This document shows, one piece after another, positions 49,059 through 60,493 of a stretch of DNA of 64,000 bases. The stretch is from Octopus sinensis (lineage: Eukaryota), in the NCBI RefSeq assembly GCF_006345805.1, contig NW_021833746.1, positions 1-64,000 on the forward strand, given 5' to 3'. How positions within the stretch are numbered: the stretch's first letter is position 1; every line of letters begins with the position of its first letter. The position numbers and the translations under genes are program-made. A model generated the notes under the pieces. It was not told the origin of the DNA, did not search any database, and worked only from the letters and a program-made list of their open reading frames with translations.

Positions 49059-49707
49059 ATCATAGTTTTTTTTTAAATGCGGGCATGGCCGTGTGGTTAA
49101 GAAGCTTTCTTCCCAACCATGTGGTTTCAGGTTCAGTCTCACTGCACACATTTCAGGCTGGTGTCTTCTACTATAGTTCAGAGCCAACCAGTGTCTTGTG
49201 AATGAATTTGGTAGGCAGACAGAAACTGTGTGGAAAGTTATCATAGTCTATATTTGTTCCCACCCCCACTGCTGTGTTGGTTTGTTTGCATCCCTATAAT
49301 CTATGGTTCAACAAAACAAGCTGATAGACGAGACTCAAAAAAAAAAATTTTTTTTAAACAAATAAATATTGGGGTCAATTTGTTTGAGTAAACCCTTCAT
49401 GGTGGTGCTCCAGCATGGCCCCAATCCAGTGACTGAAATAAATCAAAGATTATTATCAATGAATGCTTGTAGAAAGAGACAGAAACAAAATATTATGTTG
49501 CTTCTTTCTATATTCTGTTTCAATTCCTGTCTGGGTTGATTTTTTTTTTTTTTACCATTCATCATGTTGTGATCATAAAATAAGTACCTGTAATATACTG
49601 GGGCATGACAAAATTTACTGTACACTCCCCCCACTCCACCCTGAAGTGTGTGGCCATGCGTCTATGAGAAATCATTATTACCACTTCACAGACTGCTGGT
49701 TATTCTC

Positions 49708-49942
49708 TTTGAAGTGCTTTCATTTAATTTTCATCTGTTTTACATCTTTACATCTGTTGTGTGCATTGTATATCTGTTGTGTGTTATACAAGTGGTTTAT
49801 GCGGTGTATATATGTTGTGCACATTGTACGTATAATGTGCATGTTGCATTCCTACTATGTGTTTTTAGCATCTTTTATTATGTGGTTTACATCTGTTGTG
49901 TGTGTTTAACACCAGCTATCTGCATTCTACATCTGTTATGCT
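49708..49942 (+). repeat. Left arm of a 235-bp inverted duplication (partner 53468-53702)
   Basis: About 4-5 substitutions and no indel by hand alignment. Confidence 0.92.
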
Positions 49943-50066
49943 TGTTTTAATTCTACCCATTGTATACATTTTGCATCTGTTATGTGCATTCTACATCTGT
50001 TGTGTGTGTTTAGCATCTGTTTTTATACGTTTTACTTCTGCTCTGTGTGTGTACCATCTCTATTAC

Positions 50067-50657
50067 TCTTTAACTCTTTTACTTGTTTCAGTCATTTGAC
50101 TGTGGCCATGCTGGAGCACCGCCTTTAATCGAGCAACTCGACCCCGGGACTTATTCTTTGTAAGCCCAGTACTTATTCTATCGGTCTCTTTTGCCGAACC
50201 GCTAAGTGACAGGGACATAAACACACCAGCATCGGTTGTCAAGCAATGCTAGGGGGACAAACACACACACACAAACTCACACACATACACATACATACCC
50301 TCTCTCTCTCTTTCGGAGAAGCACAAGCACCTACACGCACATATACACACACGGCAGTAACTTCCGCCTGCCAAATTCAATCACAAAGCTCCGGTCGGCT
50401 CGGGTCTATAGCAGAAGACATCTACCCAAAGTGCCACGCAGTGGGACTGAACCCGAAACCATGTAGCTAGGAAGCAAGCTCCCTAACAACACAAGACAGG
50501 CTTCTTTCAGTTTCCGTCTACCAAATCCACTCACAAGGCATTGGTCGGCCCGGGGCTATAGCAGAAGACACTTGCCCAAGATGCCACGCAGTGGGACTGA
50601 ACCCGGAACCATGTGGTTGGTTAGCAAGCTACTTACCACACAGCCTCTCCTGCGCCT
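50067..50657 (-). mobile_element. SINE family A with two head halves (one old, one young)
   Basis: Tail half, a degenerate head (50355-50490), then a near-consensus head (50495-50657). Confidence 0.85.
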
Positions 50658-51009
50658 GTGTATATACATATTTATAATATAAATCTGTTGCATCTATTAT
50701 ATTATATTATATATCAGTTTATATTATCACATATACTGTATATCCATTGTATATGTTGTACATTTGTTTATTGTTTACACCTATTGTATATTTATTCTGT
50801 GCATGCATTTTCCATGTTATTCATCTATTATGCATGTAGCACAACTGTTGTATATCTTTCTAATGCATTGCATAGTGTTTTGTCTGTATTATCTTATGCC
50901 TGTCCTTAAATCCATTGTACATCTGTTTGGTATAACATCTGTTGTGTGTAATACATTTGTAAAATACATGTGCTGTATTTTCTGGTATGCAAGTTGACAT
51001 AGTATACAG

Positions 51010-51210
51010 CAGTGCTTTTCAAACTTTTTGCTGGAGCGGAACCCCAAGGAAACATTCCACTGGCTCGGGGAACCCCTGTGCAATAATTTAATAGTCTTAC
51101 GCACACATATCTGCGCAGGAGAATTAAAAATTATTGCCGATTTTAGCAGTTTTGTAACTTCCTGCGGAACCCCTGGACTGTACTGGCGGAACCCTGGTTG
51201 AAAACCACTG
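51010..51210. mobile_element. Intact 201-bp hAT MITE with 8-bp TSD
   Basis: TIR CAGTGCTTTTCAA / TTGAAAACCACTG. TSD gtatacag at 51002-51009 and 51211-51218. Confidence 0.93.
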
Positions 51211-51535
51211 GTATACAGTGTAAACATGTAGTGTAAACATGTAGCATAAACATTCAAACATTGTCACTATCTTTCCAACTCCTGCTGCATTTCACATGGA
51301 GCTTTTGGCCCTTCAAAGTTGTCTTGGTGTGTTAGACAACCTTCTTTTATTTTTGGGTTTTAGGTTTTTTTGGTCTGAAAAATAAGACTTGCACATGTTG
51401 GAAAAGAGTTGGTTTATTGAGTAAATAAATGTGTCACTGTCACATACATTGTACATCTGTTGGTTATATAGCACTTGATAGCCAAAGTCAGGACTTGAAA
51501 TTCTTATCCCTTGGGTAGAAACTTCATATACTCTC

Positions 51536-51938
51536 TCTCTCTCTCTTTTACTCTTTTACTTGTTTCAGTCATTTGACTGTGGCCATGCTGGAGCACCGCC
51601 TTTAGTCGAGCAACTCAACCCCGGGACTTATTCTTTGTAAGCCCAGTACTTATTCTATCGGTCTCTTTTGCCGAACCGCTAAGTAACAGGAACGTAAACA
51701 CACCAGCATCGGTTGTCAAGCAATGCTAGGGGGACAAACACACACACAAAAACTCACATACATACACATATATACGACAGGCTTCTTTCAGTTTCCGTCT
51801 ACCAAATCCACTCACAAGGCATTGGTCGGCCCGGGGCTATAGCAGAAGACACTTGCCCAAGATGCCACGCAGTGGGACTGAACCCGGAACCATGTGGTTG
51901 GTTAGCAAGCTACTTACCACACAGCCACTCCTGCGCCT
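51536..51938 (-). mobile_element. SINE family A
   Basis: Both halves. Confidence 0.9.
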
Positions 51939-52381
51939 ATATATTTTACTTGCTTCTCAAATCTGGAAAAAAAAACAACAACAACAATGCAGAAATCATG
52001 CCATAGTGCAATTTATCTGGCTGTTGTTGTTTAGCCCCAGGTCAGTCTTAGTCTTGATTTGATGAGATTATGCTCAGAGGCATTCCAGCCATGGCTGTCT
52101 CGTTTTATTTCTGCCGACATAAGGTATGATTTGAGTCTAATGACGGAAACAGTTTAAAGAATATGAGTATATTGTTGTTTTTAGTCATTGACTGGCTAAT
52201 AGGAATTAAAGGGGTCCATAGGTAAAAGAAATAAGAATTAAAGGGGTCCATAGGCAGAAAAAAAATATGGCTGAGAACCACAGAAGCAATAGGCTAAAAA
52301 GGTAAAAAATACAAATTTTCATTAAATTTAATGTTTTTGTTGCTGTTTTACTGAAATAAATTTTCTTCTCTTTTCCTGCAG

Positions 52382-53064
52382 CCCAAACTGTCCAGCATCC
52401 AAAACAGACCCCTTCCAGCCCTACCAATTGATAGAAATGGACATAGTAAATCTAGTATACAGCGATCGTCGCTGCAGAATTTATCGTCGACGGACGATGG
52501 TGATCGCACGTCTTCAAGTTGTCACGTTCCTCTCAGAGAGTCAGTCCATCCGTATAACCCACGGCGGAGGGAGAGCTCTCCGAAGACTAAGGGTCAGAGG
52601 CCGCTGAGCGGAGCAGCATTTGATATAAAAAAAAGCTACAACGGTTACAGCCGGGCATTGTCATGCGATGCCTCGTACTACGGATACAGATCCAGCGTCC
52701 ACTGCCCCCAGGCGTCGCCTCTAGTGAAGCAACAAAGCTTCCCAGAGACAGAAAGCACATCTCTGCAGCAGTTATATACGTTAGAAGGACATGGCAAACA
52801 CATTGAGGAACCCTGCTTGCCTGCTAGTTGTCCAAACAACAGCAGCAGCAGCATCACTGACCACCAACATTGGCGACCGACACTTGACATTGGGAGGCAC
52901 TTGTCGCCAATGGCACGTCATTCAAGAAAGGAGCCGCATGCACCTCAGCTCCCTATTTCCCAACCTGGACCAACATCATCTCCACAGTCGTCAAGGTACC
53001 AAAATGATAGTCTCTTTCAATACCAGGGTTATTATGATAGTTCCATACCGAATTCACCGTCAAG
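52382..53064 (+). CDS. SH2D5: SH2D5-like exon: PKLSSIQNRPLPALP...YQNDSLFQYQGYYDSSIPNSPS(R), disordered and S-rich
   Basis: Acceptor ttttcttctcttttcctgcAG in phase 0, 683-nt open GC-rich frame, donor AAG|GTAAGT in phase 2. Assignment to this gene rests on strand and phase compatibility. Confidence 0.75.
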
Positions 53065-53077
53065 GTAAGTCCCAGCT

Positions 53078-53790
53078 TATTTCGTTCACCTTTCAGTATT
53101 TAAACTGGTCATATCCAGCCCAAATATTTTCTACCTGTTTTATGTTCAAACTGGCCAGATCCAGCCTCTCACACCTACTCCACAATGTTGTCTTACAAAC
53201 AATCACATTGTCGAAATATTTGGTCCCTCACACACCTACTCTACAAAATCAATATTAAAAAATAAACAATCACATCATCAAATTCTCAAAGCTACAAGAT
53301 GATCCAAGATTAATTCAAAACAACGTGAATAAATAAGTTCCACATTTGAGAGAGTAAACTGAATGACAAAGGGTTACACTGGCCATATCGAACCCAGATA
53401 TTGTACCTGTTATATGTCCAGCCTTTCACATCTATCCTACAATGTCATTCTAAAAATAAACAATCACAGCATAACAGATGTAGAATGCAGATAGCTGGTG
53501 TTAAACACACACAACAGATGTAAACCACATAATAAAAGGTGCTAAAAACACATAGTAGGAATGCAACATGCACATTATACGTACAATGTGCACAACATAT
53601 ATACACCACATAAACCACGTGTATAACACACAACAGATATACAATGCACACAACAGATGTAAAGATGTAAAACAGATGAGAATTAAATGAAAGCACTTCA
53701 AAAGCTATGAGATAATGCATGATTAATTCAAAACAATGTGAATAAATAAGCATTGCATTTGACAAAATAATCTGGATGCCAAAGAGTTAA
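53078..53790. mobile_element. Two tandem piggyBac-like MITE copies, the second carrying the 235-bp inverted insert
   Basis: Homologous to 33914-34144. Ends caaagggttac (~53375) and ccaaagagttaa (~53790). Confidence 0.75.
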
Positions 53791-53899
53791 TTTAGTTAAT
53801 TTAGCCATTAGTTAATTTAGCCAAAGAGTTAATTTAGCCATTATTTCCTTTTGGTTTTGTCATTAAATTAATAAGATTGGCTGAGAGACCTTGCTGTTC

Positions 53900-54600
53900 T
53901 CCATGTAGCAGTGGGATAACAGCTGGGGTGACAGGATAGCAGTTGATGTAGTTGTAGATTGATTGCTAGGTTGGCAGTTGGAAAGCAGTTGATGTAGCTA
54001 GAGGAAGGCTGCTGGGATGGCAGAAAGAACACAGTTGATGTACATTGGCAGCAGGATAGCTGTTGGTGTTGCAGTGGAATGGCAGTAGGATAGCAGTTGG
54101 TATAGTAGTTGGAGTGGCAGTAGAATAGCAGTTGGTGTTGCAGTGGATTGGCAGTAGGATAGCAGTTGGTGTTGTAGTGGGATGGCAGTTGGATTGGCAG
54201 TAGGATAGCAGTTGGTGTTGCAGTGGAATGACAGCTGGAGTGGCAGTAGGATACCACTTGGTGTTGCAGTTGGATGGCAGTTGGTGTGGCAGTAGGATAG
54301 CAGTTAGTGTGGCAGTGGGATGGTAGTTAAAATGGCAGTAGGATAGCAGTTGGTGTTGCAGTAAAATGGCAGTTGAATGGGCAGTAGGATAGCAGTTGGT
54401 GTAGGAATTGGAGTGGCAGTTGGTGTTGCAGTAGAATGGCAGTAGCATAGCAGTTGGAGTGGCAGCAGGCAAATAGTTGATAAAGCAGGAGGAGGTAGTT
54501 GTTATAGCAGTGGGATGGTAGCTGGATTGGCAGTAGGAAAACAGTTGCTGCTGCAGTAAGGTAGCAGCTGGGGTGACAGTAGGATGGCAGCTGGAATGGT
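53900..54600. repeat. Degenerate ~34-bp minisatellite
   Basis: Repeated ggcagtaggatagcagttggtgttgcagtgga. Confidence 0.9.
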
Positions 54601-54829
54601 ATGTTGTGCTTTCTTTTGACATTCAAACTAACTTTGGTGACATCATTTATTTCTCAAGAATTCCCACCCTTAAAACAGCACAACACCCTACTAAAAAAAA
54701 AAAAACTGACCCTACCGCCATCACCACCACCGCTGCATTCTACAGAAACCCCTTTCTGTACTACATCCCGAGCTGTTTCATCAATGATGTTCAAAGTACA
54801 GTACCGGAACTGACACTTCCGCCTTCTGT

Positions 54830-55330
54830 AGTGGTAGTAGCAGTTGTGGTGGTGGTGGTGGTGGTGGTAGTTGCAGTGGTGTTGGTGGTGGTGTTGGTGT
54901 TGGTAGTGGTTGTTTTTAATGGTGGTGTGGTGGTGGTGGTTGGTGGTCATGAGGTTGGTAGTGGTAGTGTTGTGGTGGTGGTGGTGGTGGTGGTGGTGGT
55001 AGTTGCAGTGGTGTTGGTGGTGGTGTTGGTGTTGGTAGTGGTTGTTTTTAATGGTGGTGGTGGTGGGTGTGTTGGTGGTCATGAGGTTGGTAGTGGTAGT
55101 GGTTGTGGTGGTGGTGGTGGTGGTGGTGGTGGTAGTTGCAGTGGTGTTGGTGGTGGTGTTGGTGTTGGTAGTGGTTGTTTTTAATGGTGGTGGTGGTGGG
55201 TGTGTTGGTGGTCATGAGGTTGGTAGTGGTAGTAGTTGTTGTGGTGCTGTTGCCAGTTCTGACGATAGCGATAGTGGTGTTGGTTATGGTTGTGGTGTTG
55301 GTGGTAGTGGTGGTTGTCAATGGTCTTTTG
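54830..55330. repeat. GGT-rich higher-order repeat (~132 bp, 3 units)
   Basis: gttgtttttaatggtgg and gtcatgaggttgg anchors each occur three times. Confidence 0.9.
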
Positions 55331-55487
55331 TGGTGTCGGTGCAGCTGGTAGTTGCTGGGGGTAAAAAAAAATGGTAGGGGGGGTAGATCATCCTTAATGC
55401 AGAGCAGGTTGTGGTGGTGGAGGTGGGGGTGACAGTGGAATATATAATTTTTAGGTCAGACCCTAACTTGGAATACATTTGGATGCA

Positions 55488-55523
<36 letters not shown>

Positions 55524-55849
55524 CGTGTGCCTGTGTGCGTATGTAAGTATGGATGTGTGTGTATATATATATATATATATGTATATTGGTTACTTCATTT
55601 CACAGTTATGTGAGCATACATACATTTATTTATCCCTCTATACATGCCTACATATATGCATACACGCACACATACACACACACATATACACACACATATT
55701 ACTGGGTGAACACACACACACTCAAAATGGCTGTGTTTAAGAATTTCGTTTTGCAACCCCTGTGGCTTTACATTCAGTCCCACTGCAAAACATTTTGGTA
55801 GTGCCTCAACATGGCCACAGTTTAATAAATGATAGTCCAAAAGAAAGTT

Positions 55850-56260
55850 AAGGCGCAGGAATGGCTGTGTGGTAAGTAGCTTGCTAACCAACCACATGGT
55901 TCTGGGTTCAGTCCCACTGCGTGGCATCTTGGGCAAGTGTCTTCTGCTATAGCCCCGGGCCGACCAATGCCTTGTGAGTGGATTGGTAGACGGAAACTGA
56001 AAGAAGCCTGTCGTATATATGTATACATATATATATGTATGAGTGTGTATGTAGTGTGGTCTGTGTTTGTCCCCCTAGCATTGCTGACAACCGATGCTGG
56101 TGTGTTTACGTCCCGTCACTTAGCGGTTCGGCAAAAGAGACCGATAGAATAAGTACTGGGCTTACAAAGAATAAGTCCCGGGATCAATTTGCTCGACTAA
56201 AGGCGGTGCTCCAGCATAGCCGCAGTCAAATGACTGAAACAAGTAAAAGAGTAAAAGAGT
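55850..56260 (+). mobile_element. SINE family A, full length
   Basis: Both halves. Confidence 0.9.
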
Positions 56261-56569
56261 GTGTGTGTGTGTGTGTGTGTGAAGCACATATCATCATTTA
56301 GAATCTGTCTTTCTTGCTGGATTGGGGACCAAAGCCTTGTGAGTGGAGCCTAAATGATAAAGCTCTATGACCTATTGTTTGTGATTCCCAGATTGGCCAG
56401 AGGTACTCTAGATCTTCTGAACTATTTGCCTATACAATAAAGCATTGTCGCCTGTTGCTTGTGGTTAGTGGTACTGCAGGTCTTCTGAAGCCTTTCCCTA
56501 TAATATAATGCACCGTTTCCTATAGCCTATGGTTCATACTATGGTTAGATATTCTATAGGTGTTCTAAG

Positions 56570-57010
56570 GTGGGGGAAATGGCAGAATCATTAGCACGCT
56601 GGGCGAAATGCTTAGTGGTATTTTGTCTGCCGCTACATTCTGAGTTCAAATTCTGCCGAGGTTGACTTTGCTTTTCATCCTTTCGGGGTCAATGAACTAA
56701 GCACCAGTTACGCAGTGGGGTCGATATAATCGACTTAATCCATTTGTCCGTCCTTGTTTGTCCCCTCTGTGTTTAGCCCCTTGTGGGCAGTAAAGAAATA
56801 AGAACATTAGCACACTGGGCAAAATGTTTAGCGGTATTTCGTTTGTCTTTACATTCTGAGTTCAAATTTTTCTGAGGTCAACTTTGCCTTTTATCCTTTG
56901 AGGGGGGTAATAAATTAAGTACCAGTTGCGTACTGGGGTTGATGTAATCGACTGCCCCCCCCCCCCCACTACCTCCATATTTCGGGCCTTGTGCCTAGAA
57001 TAGAAAAGAT
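56570..57010 (+). mobile_element. Two tandem family B-type SINEs with different 3' tails
   Basis: The first ends aaagaaataag. The second ends ttgtgcctagaatagaaaagat. Confidence 0.8.
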
Positions 57011-57461
57011 TCTATAGGTGCTCTGAAATCTCCTCCTCTGCAAAAAGGTTCTATATTAGTAATGTCTTCTGATTCAAATGAGTAATCAGTCAAAATTAGT
57101 CCACAACAGCAACAACAACAACAACTCACACACACATAGACATGTGCTTGCACACAGCATTTTTGTTTATCTTTATATAGAAAGCTGTTCCAATATATAC
57201 ACTTTGTGTATGTGGTGGGGGTGGGGGTGGGGGTGCATAGGTATGTTTGTGAACTTCATACAATTTTTTTCCACTTTTAATCAGAAGAGGTTACTGAAAT
57301 CAGTCAAGGGTCTCGAGAGTTTAGTGCCTAACTTTTATCTCTTTCAGAAGTGCCATGCATGAAACTCCTGACCCCTGAGTCATTTTTGTAATTTTTTGCT
57401 GATTAATAATAATAATAATAATAATTATAATAATAATAATAATAATGATAATAATAATATT

Positions 57462-57608
57462 GTGGTAAGTAGCTTGTTTACCAACCACATGGTTCCGGGT
57501 TCAGTCCCACTGCTGGCACCTTGGGCAAGTGTCTTCTACTATAGCCTCGGGCCGACCAAAGCCTTGTGAGTGGATTTGGTAGTCGGAAACTGAAAGAAGC
57601 CCGTCGTA

Positions 57609-57658
<50 letters not shown>

Positions 57659-57883
57659 GCGTGTGTGTGGTTGTGTGTCAGTGTTTGTCCTCCTGGCGTT
57701 GCTTGACAACCGATGCTGATGTGTTTATGTCCCCGTTACTTAGCGGCTCGGGAAAAAGAGACCGATAGAATAAGTACTGGGCTGACAAAAAGAATAAGTC
57801 CCGGGGTCGAGTTGCTCGATTAAAGGCGGTGCTCCAGCATGGCTGCAGTCAAATGACTGAAACAAGTAAAAGAGTAAAAGAGT
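57462..57883 (+). mobile_element. SINE family A
   Basis: Slightly 5'-truncated and set in (TAA)n. Confidence 0.9.
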
Positions 57884-57889
57884 AATAAT

Positions 57890-58367
57890 AAAAATCATAC
57901 CTCCTCATTGATATGACTGTCCCAATCGATCTAAACGTACCTGTCAAGACCTACCAAAAACTGAGCAAATGTAAAGATCTTGAAATAGAAATCAGCAAAA
58001 TGTGGAACCTGAAGACTAAAACAATACCTGTTGTCATAGATGCCCTGGGAGTGATAGCAAAAGGGGCTGATTGCTACCTAACTCAGATACCAGGAAACCC
58101 CAAAATGGCAGAAATTCAAAAGATAGTGCTCATGGGAACTGTTCATATCCTATGCAAAATACTTACTATGTAATCTCAAGTTTTAAAACAAACATAATTT
58201 TCTTATGGTTTTTTTAAACATTCACTAGTACAACACTGAGTACAAAACCAAATATATGGCACCCTAGGCATAACACCAACACGAACTTCCAACTTGTTGT
58301 CTCTTGAGGTCTCTGGGTGAGACTTGGAGCTGACTTGTACAAATGTAAAGTAAAAGTCAAACATAGA
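57890..58367 (+). mobile_element. R4/Dong-clade non-LTR retrotransposon 3' fragment (restriction-like endonuclease C-terminus plus 3'UTR)
   Basis: LLIDMTVP.D.NV..K..KLSKCKDLEIEISKMWNLKTKTIPVVIDALG..IQKIVLMGTVHIL*, ending directly in (TAA)n. Confidence 0.8.
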
Positions 58368-58432
58368 ATAATAATAATAATAACAATAACAATAATAGTA
58401 ATAATAATGATAATAATAATAATAATAATAAT

Positions 58433-59057
58433 AAATGCCCTGATGCAGTACATGCCCTGATGCAGTACATGCCCTGATGCAGTACCAGGCAGTGGTTCTC
58501 ATGCCCTGATGCAGTACCAGGCAGTGGTTCTCATGGCTTCTGATCTTAACTGATTGGAAGTGTTATCATGTACATTGTTTTGTCTTGGTATAAAAGATGG
58601 GCTACAGCAAATATTCTGCTCAATACCACAGATTTGCTTGTCAGTTGTTTGACCGTAACCAGTTGAGCATGCCCCTTAGTGGCTGACGATATGTGCATCT
58701 CTGATCATGAGCAGAAGTAGTGGGGGAGCATCATAGCCATGTGTTGAGAGGGATTCTTTGGGGTTTGAATAGTTCACCTCTGGAAACATGGGTGGTTCTT
58801 TCAACATCCTTAAACAACCCTTATTCAGGGACCGTTTGAGCGGGATGGGCTAACTCAACCTGAAGAAAATTCTAACTGGGCCCCACCTGCAAGGTCATTG
58901 CTGTTTATCTTGATATGAGATCACCATGTCGCGCACATATGGTTGTGATGCATGTGCCTGGTGTACCTTTATCAGACGGGTAGTCATGATGGGTATATTG
59001 GGCTTCGTATATTTTACCCCAGTGTCACTTTGATGGCATGAACTGCTCTCTCACTCA
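58433..59057 (+). mobile_element. ~620-bp non-coding element flanked on both sides by (TAA)n
   Basis: Longest copy of the element seen at 30845-31890. Carries 17- and 32-bp reiterations at its left end. Confidence 0.8.
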
Positions 59058-59157
59058 ATAATAATAATAATTAGGTGGCGAACTGGCAGAATTGTTAGCA
59101 AAGCAAAATGCTTAGAACCATTTCTTCCCGACTTTACATTCTGAGTTCAAATTTTGT

Positions 59158-59735
59158 GTTTACGTCCCCCGTAACTTAGCAGTTTGGCAAAGACACTGAT
59201 AGAATAAGTACTAGGCTTACAAAGAATAAGTCCTGGGGTCGATTTGCTTGACTAAAGGCGGTGCTCCAGCATGGCCACAGTCAAATGACTGAAACAAGTA
59301 AAAGAGTAAAAGAATATATATATATAGGAGTGGCTGTGTGGTAAGTAGCTTGCTTACCAACCACACAGTTCCGGGTTCAATCCCACTGCGTGGCACCTTG
59401 GGAAAGTGTCTTCTACTATAGCCTCGGGCCGACCAAAGCCTTGTGAGTGGATTTGATAGACGGAAACTGAAAGAAGCCCGTCGTATATATGTATATATAT
59501 ATATATGTGCGTGTGTGTTTGTGTGTCTGTGTTTGTCACCCTAGCATTGCTTGACAACCGATGCTGGTGTGTTTACATCCCCATCACTTAGCGGTTCGAC
59601 AAAAGAGACCGATAGAATAAGTACTGGGCTTACAAAGAATAAGTCCCGGGGTCGATTTGCTTGACTAAAGGCGGTGCTCCAGCATGGCCGCAGCCAAATG
59701 ACTGAAAGAAGTAAAAGAGTAAAGAGTAAAAGAGT
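59158..59735 (+). mobile_element. SINE family A tail half followed by a near-full copy
   Basis: Tandem head-to-tail arrangement, preceded by a family B head at 59073. Confidence 0.88.
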
Positions 59736-60199
59736 ATACAGATATACGTGTATATACAAATACATTTACATACATTCACACATATGCACAGATATATATG
59801 TGTGTGTGTATACATATATATGTATATATGTACATATATGTGTGTGTATGTGTATGCACATATATATATATATATGCATGTATCAGAAAACCCTCCTCTC
59901 TCACGCACCCACACACACACACAATGCACGTGTAACATATTTATAATCATTCAAGTATGTGCATACGCATGTACTCATTCATATACAGACACATCTTGTC
60001 CTCAATTCTTTCCCTCCGCCCCCAGAGGGGCAGGGCATGCCACCATCCAACGCCCCCCCCCGTCCTCCGTTCTCCGCGTGTTCCGCTCCAGCACTGGAGT
60101 GTATCATAGCTGTAATTGATTTCACTTCGTTCACAACACACTGTAATTCATTACTGTGCATTAGCACGCATGCAGACACATGCGCGCGCACACGCAGAG

Positions 60200-60295
60200 G
60201 CATATGTATATACATACCTATATACATATATATAAATATACTTACATACATACATACATATATAGATATATATTATAACATATATATATATATAT

Positions 60296-60361
<66 letters not shown>

Positions 60362-60399
60362 CAATATATATATCTATATATATATATATATATATATAT

Positions 60400-60493
<94 letters not shown>

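Noticed and set aside
53868-54626. Repetitive CYPTA/LQHQLL ORFs resembling a structural or mucin-like protein
   Set aside because: The ~34-bp unit is not a multiple of 3 and the same peptide appears in all three frames, so it is a minisatellite.
60015-60040. CTCF-like motif ccccagaggggcag
   Set aside because: Three mismatches to the core consensus, and it overlaps a splice-acceptor-like site.
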